A stretch of 32,000 nucleotides of DNA. It comes from Pirellula staleyi DSM 6068 (GTDB lineage Bacteria > Planctomycetota > Planctomycetia > Pirellulales > Pirellulaceae). The notes beneath the pieces were generated by a model. That model was not told the origin of the DNA. It searched no databases and saw only the letters and a program-made list of their open reading frames with translations. Of the stretch, positions 16,248-23,893 are shown in pieces. The position numbers and the translations under genes were made by a program. The DNA is taken from NCBI GenBank assembly GCA_000025185.1, contig CP001848.1:5040001-5072000 (forward strand), written 5' to 3'. The stretch's first letter is position 1. The number at the start of each line of letters is the position of its first letter.

Positions 16248-18983
16248 CTACCAGTCGTAGGTTTGCGTGATCTGCGCCTTACCATTCTCGATCACTACCG
16301 GAACAAGGAGTTCCGATTTGCCGCCACTTGATCGGATGACCGGCTTACCGGCCGACGTAATCTTGGTGGTCCACTTGTCGTCGATCAGGTAGGTACCACC
16401 TTCCTTCGCTTCGATCTTGCTGGCAACGATCGCGCGGTAATAGAGCCCTTCGACTGCTCCGGGCGCTTCGAGCGTGAATTGCCGCGAGAAGTAGACTGCG
16501 TCGCTATCAGCCACCGGATTCACATAATCGCTGATCACCACATCCCCCATCGCGTAACGGAATGTGGGCTTGCGAAGCTCTCCGAGGCGATAGCCCAGAA
16601 ATCGATAGCCAGCTTGCTCGGCCGATTCACCGGGCCAAGCAGTGTCGGCCGCAGCCAATTTGGCAAACGCGATTCCTTCGGGAAATTTGAGGACGTTGTC
16701 GCCTAGTGGTGGTTCGTAGCCGACGCCACGTCCCGTCCAGTGACGAGCCGCATCGATGAACGAACCTTGCCAAAACATGGCCATTCGAACGTTGTTGGCA
16801 TCAAACGCGAGGTTCAGTTTTTCGGCATAGCCGACACCAATGGCCCGCGAACCTGCACCTTCGATGAAGTTGCGATACATCACCGCTTCATCAAACGCGA
16901 TGAGTTCCATCTTGCCAGTCACCAGACCAATCGGCAGGGTTGCCTGGTCCCCATCGGTCAGGTAGGCGTAGATCGACATGATCTGCTTATCGCTGTTGCC
17001 TTCGAGGATACTCGGAAGCTGCGAAACGCCCCCCGGCCAAGCGGCTGGCATGCGAGTTCCGGGGCGGAACTCTTGGGGGTTCAGCAGATAGTTATGGAAC
17101 CATTCAGGACGTAGGCGTTTGGTCATGGTGGTCATGCTGAGAGCCTGAATGCCGGTCGCCTTTTTATCGGCGAAGGTGTGGCACTTCACGCACGAGTAGC
17201 CTTGCGAGCCAACCAGTCGACGGCCTGCTGCCTTCAGCTTTTTGTCGGCGAGGTCGACGTCGACCTTCGGTGCCGCCTTGGCTTTGGCGAGATCGACTTC
17301 AGCGAGTTGATCGATCAGGGTGCCGACGTTTTCCAAGCCGAAGCGTGGCATGCGGGTGAACATGTAGGGACGATCTTTGGCACCCTCAGCAAAAACGGTC
17401 TTCAGCCATTCAGGCTGCAGCTTGGCACCGACACCTGTGAGCGCTGGAGGGATCCGACCTTCGTCTCCCATTTCAGGCATGTCGGAGAGGAAGTGGGGAT
17501 TGCGAGCTTGTTCGATGCCGCCGATTTCACCACGTGCGTGGCAGGCGTAGCAATTGAAGCGGGCCATTTGGGCCGAAATCAGTTCTTCTTTCGGCTGCTC
17601 GGCAGCGGGCTGTTTTGCGGCTTTGATTGCCTCCACGAGGGAGGTTCGCTGCACTGCTCCGAGAGCGTAGTAAGGAGTTTTGCCACGCGATGATTCGAGG
17701 CAACCACCTTCTCCCTTGAGGGCCGAAAGAGCAGGTGCCGTGGCTTTGGCAGCGACAGCTTCACCACCAATTTTCAGCTGATGGCAGTTGGCGCATCCAA
17801 CCGAAGCAAAGAGCTCGCGACCTTTGGCAGCCAGTTCAGGCTTCACGACGAACTCAGCCGGCGTTTCGCTCCCTGCGGCTGGTTTGGGGGCAGGAATGGC
17901 GACGAAATCCGACAGCGATTGCTGAGGATGACCTTCGCGCTCGACGAGCACTTGCAGCTGTTCTTCACCAGCAGCTTCGAAATATTCGACGACAAACGGA
18001 ATCAGCCCCGCTTTAAGTTTCAGCGGCTTTCGTTTTTGGCTGAACGGATGAACGCCATCGTTATCGATCAGCACCTTGCCATCGATTGAGAGTCGCGAGC
18101 CGTCGTCGGAGCCGATCAGGAAGAGGTAGTTTCCGTCGGCAGGAATTTGGAGCAAACCATCGAAACGCAAGGCAAAGTTTTCCTTGGCCTTCACGACCGA
18201 GACATCGATTACCGAGGCATCGCCGGTTGATTTGGGAGTCAACTTCGAGAAGTCGGGGAGTTTGTCCCAGGTTCCTTCGTAGTAGGCAAATTGCAGCCCC
18301 GATGCGAGTGGAAGATCGTTCAGCAGATACGAGGCGACATCGCGGGCATCGGTGCCATTAAGAAGATGGGGCATGCGGCCACCGGGGCGAACTTTTAGTG
18401 GATCGCTGAGGAATTCGGTGAGACCGGCGAGGGTGTACTTGCGCGAAGGAGTGCCGAGTGGAATCGACGTGGGGAGCGCGACTGCTCCTTCTTTGCGTGA
18501 ATCGTGGCAGGCAAGACAGCCGACTTCGTGATAGATCTTTTCGCCCCGCATGGCAGCCTGGCGAAGCGGGGAGGTCTCTTGCGTGGTACCGGTGGTGGCG
18601 AGGAAGTGCACAATCGCTTCCGCAGCAGCGGCCCGTTCGGCGTCGGGAAGAGTGTGCAGAACGCCGGGCATGGTGGTTCCTGGCTTCACCGTTTGCGGAT
18701 CGGCGAGGAACTTCATGAGATACTGCATTTTCACGCGATTGCCGACGGAATCGAGAATCGGCGCGGGTTTCTTTTGGACAGCGGAAGCAAGCGCGGCATC
18801 AGCTGCGTGACAGCTGGTGCAATTGAGTTCGCCCAGCAGCAGCTGACCACCACGGAGAGCTTGATCTCCCGACGCATGAAAACGTTCGTAGCCGATCACG
18901 CGCGGCGGCGCCTCTTGGGCCACAACCAGCGGGGCCCAAGCGAGCATCATGCTCAAAAACAAGAACGAGAAACCACGTCGCAT
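16248..18983 (-). CDS. Secreted multi-heme c-type cytochrome (5 CxxCH) with an inserted PA14 domain
   Basis: The signal peptide is MRRGFSFLFLSMMLAWAPLVVAQE. Heme motifs are CTSCH (aa 55), CLACH (156), CANCH (397), CYACH (478) and CVKCH (598). Met-ligand-type motifs are GTTMPG, GGRMPH, FTRMPRF and GTRMPAA. The PA14-like segment GLQFAYYEGTWDKLPDF...ADGNYLFLIGSDDGSRLSIDGKVLIDNDG spans about aa 228-345 (about 17949-18302). Confidence 0.87.
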   Translation of the reverse strand: MRRGFSFLFLSMMLAWAPLVVAQEAPPRVIGYERFHASGDQALRGGQLLLGELNCTSCHAADAALASAVQKKPAPILDSVGNRVKMQYLMKFLADPQTVKPGTTMPGVLHTLPDAERAAAAEAIVHFLATTGTTQETSPLRQAAMRGEKIYHEVGCLACHDSRKEGAVALPTSIPLGTPSRKYTLAGLTEFLSDPLKVRPGGRMPHLLNGTDARDVASYLLNDLPLASGLQFAYYEGTWDKLPDFSKLTPKSTGDASVIDVSVVKAKENFALRFDGLLQIPADGNYLFLIGSDDGSRLSIDGKVLIDNDGVHPFSQKRKPLKLKAGLIPFVVEYFEAAGEEQLQVLVEREGHPQQSLSDFVAIPAPKPAAGSETPAEFVVKPELAAKGRELFASVGCANCHQLKIGGEAVAAKATAPALSALKGEGGCLESSRGKTPYYALGAVQRTSLVEAIKAAKQPAAEQPKEELISAQMARFNCYACHARGEIGGIEQARNPHFLSDMPEMGDEGRIPPALTGVGAKLQPEWLKTVFAEGAKDRPYMFTRMPRFGLENVGTLIDQLAEVDLAKAKAAPKVDVDLADKKLKAAGRRLVGSQGYSCVKCHTFADKKATGIQALSMTTMTKRLRPEWFHNYLLNPQEFRPGTRMPAAWPGGVSQLPSILEGNSDKQIMSIYAYLTDGDQATLPIGLVTGKMELIAFDEAVMYRNFIEGAGSRAIGVGYAEKLNLAFDANNVRMAMFWQGSFIDAARHWTGRGVGYEPPLGDNVLKFPEGIAFAKLAAADTAWPGESAEQAGYRFLGYRLGELRKPTFRYAMGDVVISDYVNPVADSDAVYFSRQFTLEAPGAVEGLYYRAIVASKIEAKEGGTYLIDDKWTTKITSAGKPVIRSSGGKSELLVPVVIENGKAQITQTYDW

Positions 18984-19005
18984 GCGAAGAAGCTCCGAAG
19001 TCGGT

Positions 19006-19033
19006 GGGTTTGGGAGGGAGGGGAAGGAGGGAG
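19006..19033 (+). other. G-quadruplex-forming G-run motif in the cytochrome gene leader region
   Basis: The plus strand reads gggtttgggagggaggggaaggagggag: four or more G3 runs with loops of 1-3 nt. The cytochrome mRNA carries the C-rich complement, 23-50 nt upstream of its ATG at 18983. Confidence 0.5.
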
Positions 19034-19280
19034 CCTGAAGATCAGCGCCAACAACGATCGCGAACGATTCGCGCCGCTGTGATATCCATTCACCGCCGAA
19101 CCATGGTTACCTGCCATGCATCAAGGCCGGCCTATCATGCGAAGGGGAAGGGGCCGATGTCAACCTACAGGCGCGAGAAATGATTAGTTAATTTCCCTTA
19201 GCGCTCGAGAAACGTTCACACGCAAGGTTAGCAAAATCAGCGAGGGCGGCCCGCAGGCAAAGCTGCCACGAGCCCTATTC

Positions 19281-20180
19281 CTAGCTGCTGGCGCTGCGAT
19301 AGCCGCGCAGTGAAAGCTGGAAAACCCATCGCGACACGGCGAGGCAGGCGAGGGTCGCAAAAATGGCAAAAATCGCCAGTGGCCAAACCTGTTCACCCGT
19401 GGGACTCACCGGCCGCGCAATGATCCGGGCTGGCACGTTCACCACCACCAGCACCGGCAAAATGTAGGTGAAACCCATCCGCAGGGGAGTGCCGAGTCGA
19501 CCTTCGTAGATCTCCATCGGATAGCGGGCAAAGTTGGTGATGTAGAACCAAAAATCGTAGAGCGATCGGTTCTGCCCGAGCCAAATGCTGGTCGCCGCCA
19601 GCGCGATCATCAGGCTGTACATCACCGCCACGCCGCACAGCACGTATAGCAAATAGAGGACGTACGAAGCTGGCGCAATCACTAGCGGACTGGTTTCGCG
19701 CGAGGTGAGTTGCCACAGGCTATAGCTGAGCAGCACCGTGCCGGCCGCAACGTTCGACAGACTCGACCAGTCGATCTTCCGCATCGAGATGAGAAACTGA
19801 GTATCAATCGGCTTGAGGAGTGCGAAATCGAGTCCACCTGTTCGAATCAGCTCACTCACCTCTTCGCAGTTGGGCATGAAGAACGTTTCGACAAGTCCGT
19901 TCACCAGCATGGTGGTAGCGAGAAAAGCGAAGAACTCGTACTTGCCCCAGCCAGTGTTGGGGCCGATCGAGGTGGTGTAGTTGAAAACGATCAGATAGAG
20001 ACCAACGTTCATGCCGGTCCAAGTGATGCTCGAAAAACACTCGATCAAAAAATTCATGCGAAACGTCATGTCGCGCACGAGGCTGTTGCTGGCGAATGTC
20101 AGCAGCACACTCAGGTAGCGCGGATGGACCGCATCGCTAGCGATGGCGGAGCGTTTCGAGTTATCGATCGGAGGATTCAT
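19281..20180 (-). CDS. ABC-2-family transporter permease (COG3694-like)
   Basis: The ATG at 20180 gives MNPPIDNSKR...; the diagnostic block is ELIRTGGLDFALLKPIDTQFL, and about 6 TM segments are visible. The track ORF start at 20357 would overlap the upstream gene by 140 nt. Confidence 0.8.
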   Translation of the reverse strand: MNPPIDNSKRSAIASDAVHPRYLSVLLTFASNSLVRDMTFRMNFLIECFSSITWTGMNVGLYLIVFNYTTSIGPNTGWGKYEFFAFLATTMLVNGLVETFFMPNCEEVSELIRTGGLDFALLKPIDTQFLISMRKIDWSSLSNVAAGTVLLSYSLWQLTSRETSPLVIAPASYVLYLLYVLCGVAVMYSLMIALAATSIWLGQNRSLYDFWFYITNFARYPMEIYEGRLGTPLRMGFTYILPVLVVVNVPARIIARPVSPTGEQVWPLAIFAIFATLACLAVSRWVFQLSLRGYRSASS

Positions 20181-20217
20181 AAGGCGAGCAGGCCTGCCAA
20201 AGTACGAGAGTCTCGCG

Positions 20218-21033
20218 CTAACCACCGAAAGCCGAGTAGCGACGAACCCCACGCGAATAGAGAAGTCGCGAGAGGAACATGAACAGCAGCATCCACAAGA
20301 ACTCGAGCAACAACCCTTCCCACAGGTCGCGGCCTTGCACCTTGCCAAGCAGCACATTCGCCGGGAAATAGGCGAGGTACTGGAGCGGCATTAAGTCGAC
20401 AATCGTTCGCCACGGCTCACCGAGCATGTCGAGCGGGAACATATGTCCTGACAAGAAGAAATTGAAGAGCATGTAGATAAACAAAAGCGAACTGACCTCG
20501 AGCCACCAAAAACCGACGAGTCCCATGCAGGCTTCGAGATAGAATCCCAGCAAAAAACAGAGGACCAAAGCGAGAATGCCAGCGGCCAGAGTGCCCGGGT
20601 CGGGCCAGCCGTCGAAATAGCTGCGGCAAAGGAAAAAGACGAGGGCGAACGGGCCTGTGGCGATGGCAAAGTAGGCCAATTTATGAGCCACGCGGCCCAA
20701 GAGCAAAAAGGCGAGCAGATCGACCGGCTGGAGTAAGAACTTTTTGACTTCGCCACTCCGAATCTGGGCGGCGATGCCACTGGAGAGTCCCGGCATGCTC
20801 GAAAAAGCGCGCGAGACCATCGTCAGCAGGTAATAGGCGACGATTTGCTCGTAGCTGTAACCCGCGAGATCGCCACCTCCTCGGGCCAAGAACACAGCAT
20901 TCCACAGGAAGATTTGCGTGACGATCGGCAGAAAGCGCATCAGCGTGCCGAGCGCAAAATCGCCACGATAGACGAGCCGCTCCTGCAATGCGATTCGCAG
21001 GATGATCCACCACGTTATTGCCTGAGCAAACAA
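20218..21033 (-). CDS. ABC-2-family transporter permease (COG4587-like)
   Basis: 271 aa with a TTG start. The N-terminus has LQERLVYRGDF, the diagnostic block is QIRSGEVKKFLLQPVD, and multiple TM segments are visible. Confidence 0.8.
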   Translation of the reverse strand: MFAQAITWWIILRIALQERLVYRGDFALGTLMRFLPIVTQIFLWNAVFLARGGGDLAGYSYEQIVAYYLLTMVSRAFSSMPGLSSGIAAQIRSGEVKKFLLQPVDLLAFLLLGRVAHKLAYFAIATGPFALVFFLCRSYFDGWPDPGTLAAGILALVLCFLLGFYLEACMGLVGFWWLEVSSLLFIYMLFNFFLSGHMFPLDMLGEPWRTIVDLMPLQYLAYFPANVLLGKVQGRDLWEGLLLEFLWMLLFMFLSRLLYSRGVRRYSAFGG

Positions 21034-21168
21034 GCCACGCCTACCTTGCCTCGAGGGAGTGCCGCTGGGAAAGAATTTCCAGGGAGCGACACAAGTGTAC
21101 CAGCGAGGGCAAGTCTATCCCGACCGCTCTTGGGGCGGGAGTAGGCGACCAAAACCACTCGAGCCATG

Positions 21169-22212
21169 TTACGGCAAATCGACCGGTTGGGCATCGCAGC
21201 GGCTGTTCATCAGATACCACGCGCGCTGCGAGACGATCGATGCGACCCCACGGATCGAACCATCGCACATCGCCAGATTGCAGATGTTGCCGCCATGGAG
21301 GCTCCGGGCTTGTGCCTGCATGTTGTACCAGTCGGCATTCGAGCACCCCATCCGCTTCTTGGGGCCGAGATCAGCGGTCCAAAACTGGCTGCAGTTTTGA
21401 ATATCGTCGGCGTGGGGCAGATTATCGTTGGGATAGAGGCAGTCCCCAATTGCGTGCGCACAAACGATGCTGGCGCCGGGCAAACCGATGGCCCAAGTGC
21501 CACGGATATCCCGGGCTTCGACCCCGCTTCGAACTTCCGTGAACATCACGGTGTTGCTTGTTCCATCGGTGATTTCCGCCATCCGAGCCCCATAGTTGGC
21601 GCTCATCACCGCACCGGCTGGTCCCCAACCTGGATCGCTTTCAAAGCCACCTGCGGGAACTTGTCCGTTGGGGGTGAGATACCACCAAGTAGGTCCCGCG
21701 TTGGCGGCATAGCTGCCACGTGCCCAGCCACCTCCAGCGCCACTGAACTGCACATTATTGCCACCCGAGTCGCTGGGGCATTGATAGGTCTTGAGCACCA
21801 CCGATTTCAGGTTGCGCCAATTCTGCGAGCCGGTCTTGCGATAGCCATCGATATCGTTGCTGTCATACAGCGGCTTTTGCTCGACGTAGGGGAGCATCAA
21901 GACTGCCCAGTTGGGGCCAAACTGCTCGTTCACATCTTGTCCGGTGCCACGCTTTCCTTGAGGGGCAGTGAAGTAGCTCATCTGCACAGCTTCGGGAAAG
22001 GCTCCGAGTGTGTCGTGATGATTGTGAGCCCCCAGAGCGATTTGCTTCAGGTTGTTCGAGCACTGCGTGCGTCGGGCCGATTCGCGAGCCGCCTGAACTG
22101 CTGGCAACAGCAGAGCGACCAGGACACCGATAATTGCAATCACCACCAGCAACTCGACGAGTGTAAAACCTCGCCGCCATGCGTTGCTGTTTCGCCACGC
22201 TAAAGCATTCAT
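21169..22212 (-). CDS. DUF1559-family protein with prepilin-type N-terminal leader and H-X(9-10)-DG tail
   Basis: The N-terminus is MNALAWRNSNAWRRGFTLVELLVVIAIIGVLVALLLPAVQAARESARRTQCSNNLKQIA. The C-terminal motif is HGGNICNLAMCDGSIRG. A GGAGG ribosome-binding site lies 7-8 nt upstream of the ATG. Confidence 0.9.
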   Translation of the reverse strand: MNALAWRNSNAWRRGFTLVELLVVIAIIGVLVALLLPAVQAARESARRTQCSNNLKQIALGAHNHHDTLGAFPEAVQMSYFTAPQGKRGTGQDVNEQFGPNWAVLMLPYVEQKPLYDSNDIDGYRKTGSQNWRNLKSVVLKTYQCPSDSGGNNVQFSGAGGGWARGSYAANAGPTWWYLTPNGQVPAGGFESDPGWGPAGAVMSANYGARMAEITDGTSNTVMFTEVRSGVEARDIRGTWAIGLPGASIVCAHAIGDCLYPNDNLPHADDIQNCSQFWTADLGPKKRMGCSNADWYNMQAQARSLHGGNICNLAMCDGSIRGVASIVSQRAWYLMNSRCDAQPVDLP

Positions 22213-22470
22213 CTTGCACCTCCGCCTTAAAAAACAATCAATAATTTCACGAGCCCAAAAGACTAAATCCCATGCAAAACGGCTTTAGGAAAACCAGCCA
22301 CTCTTTGCGGCGGCCAAAAAAAGAAATGCAATGAAAATGCCGCCGCGAAGACTCGCAACCTAGGCCGATTCGAATCACAAACTACTGCAACAAACGCTCG
22401 CCACGAGGAACGACAACCGGCAGCTTCACCGGTAGGGATTCGCTCGGCCGACGTCTCCTCCAAAAAAAAT

Positions 22471-22896
22471 TTACTGGGTGACCTCAATCGGAGGAACTTC
22501 TGCATGGTCGGCTGTGATTTCGACAACGAGGGATGATTGACGTCCTTTGTAGGTTGGCAAAACAGCGACCGCCGTTTTGAGATTATCGCGCTGCGGTTCG
22601 ATGGAAACGGCGTACTTGCCGGGCGGGATGCCGTCTCCATCGCGGCCAATCACTTCGAAGGTTCCATCGTCGTTGATGATGGCTGGATAGGTATCCTCGA
22701 CAGCAGTGCCGACGGGATAAAAGATCACCATCAGCGGGTCGGAAGTTTTCTGATCGTAGGGACTACCTGCAACCAGAAGTTTGCCGCGTGGTTTGACAAT
22801 ATCCGAGCTGCCGCCGCACCCCACTAGAACTAGTGACGCCAAGCAGCAGGCAAGAACGAAACGAGCGCAGCGCGAGAAGTGGCAAGAGAAGTTCAT
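22471..22896 (-). CDS. Small lipoprotein, beta-sandwich-like; positional counterpart of 13849..14307
   Basis: The ATG at 22896 gives MNFSCHFSRCARFVLACCLASLVLVGCGG (lipobox LVGC), followed by DDGTFEVIGRDGDGIPPGKYAVSI. This resembles the ...TDATGNFLL...PGVYRVTV pattern of the other lipoprotein. Confidence 0.7.
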   Translation of the reverse strand: MNFSCHFSRCARFVLACCLASLVLVGCGGSSDIVKPRGKLLVAGSPYDQKTSDPLMVIFYPVGTAVEDTYPAIINDDGTFEVIGRDGDGIPPGKYAVSIEPQRDNLKTAVAVLPTYKGRQSSLVVEITADHAEVPPIEVTQ

Positions 22897-23106
22897 CGTG
22901 GGAGAAGGGGCGCGATCTTCGCGCTGAATGAAGTTAGCTGGGAGAAGTTGCAAGAGACGACAGAGCAGGTGACGCGAGTATGTTCCAAAGGGGGGATCGA
23001 TAGCAATGGATAATTGAAGAGCTTCCGAAAAAAGTTCGCCAGCACCCGCAGATGCGCCCCCATAAGCGTCAAGTCGTTAAGAGACGACCGTTAACGAATC
23101 CCCCTT

Positions 23107-23775
23107 TTACGAATCGTCTTGCACATCGGGATTGCGAGGGGGCGCAGGCTCGTCGCGATGCAATGGCTGTGGGGCATCCAAGGCGTGCCAGAGCGAAGAA
23201 ATAGCGACCTGCAGGAAACTGCCAGCGACAAACGCAACCATTCCACCAATCATGGCGAGGGCCAACACCCCCACACCGATGGTGAAAGCGTTTGCTTTGT
23301 CACCCCCGGAAACAATCGACCACCAGCCTCCCAAAGTGCCACCGATCATCACCCCCGACGCTGATATCGCCAAGATCGGCCAGCCGAGGCTCTTCGAGTG
23401 AGCCAACTGAGTAGGCTGAGCAAATCCGGCCTTCGGCGGGGCTGTTTTGGAGGTAATCACCACCGGATCGGGCTGTCCGTGAAGTTGTTGCCCTTGCTGT
23501 CGCAACTTCGTGCCGATCGCATTCCCGGCCACATGCCCCAAGATCGAGAGGGCGACAAAAAAGATCGCTGCCACGACAATCGGAGAGAACCACTGCGTCA
23601 ACGCAAGAATGACAGCCACCAGCGTGACTACCACCAGGAGTGTGCGAAGATTGAACTGCAGTGGAGCCGACTTTTCCGCAACAGGACTGCGAGCAGTTGC
23701 CGGTGAACGAGACGACGCAGCCCCCTCGGCCACTGGCGAGGTGCGTGACGAGTTCGAGGTGTCGTCGCTCTGCAT
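23107..23775 (-). CDS. Hypothetical integral membrane protein
   Basis: The ATG at 23775 gives MQSDDTSNSS... An S/A/P-rich N-terminus is followed by FNLRTLLVVVTLVAVILALTQWF and 3-4 further hydrophobic segments. No family recognised. Confidence 0.55.
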   Translation of the reverse strand: MQSDDTSNSSRTSPVAEGAASSRSPATARSPVAEKSAPLQFNLRTLLVVVTLVAVILALTQWFSPIVVAAIFFVALSILGHVAGNAIGTKLRQQGQQLHGQPDPVVITSKTAPPKAGFAQPTQLAHSKSLGWPILAISASGVMIGGTLGGWWSIVSGGDKANAFTIGVGVLALAMIGGMVAFVAGSFLQVAISSLWHALDAPQPLHRDEPAPPRNPDVQDDS

Positions 23776-23893
23776 CACTGGGGAGCCTACTGGGTCCGTG
23801 AAACGCCTCGGAAACTTAAGGCAAACTTTCCGTTTCCAATTCCAAATATCATTGTAGGCCCCCAGCAAGTTCTCGGCTCATTTTGAGCCGGTT

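Noticed and set aside
15203-16270. 355-aa plus-strand ORF
   Set aside because: It is antisense to the signal-peptide-bearing beta-propeller gene. It has no motifs and a shadow-ORF composition.
20181-20357. Cys-rich N-terminal extension (MCCLARCKAATCGKGCCSSSCGCCCSCSS...) of the second ABC-2 permease; it briefly looked like a metal-binding or RiPP-like peptide
   Set aside because: The extension overlaps the 3' end of the upstream permease by 140 nt in another frame. The ATG at 20180 gives a normal family N-terminus with a 37-nt intergenic gap.
21166-22203. 345-aa plus-strand ORF
   Set aside because: It is an exact antisense shadow of the DUF1559 gene, whose prepilin leader and H-X9-DG motifs settle the coding strand.
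22360-22380. ttcgaatc string resembling a tRNA T-loop
   Set aside because: No complementary T-stem, acceptor stem or anticodon arm can be built on either strand.
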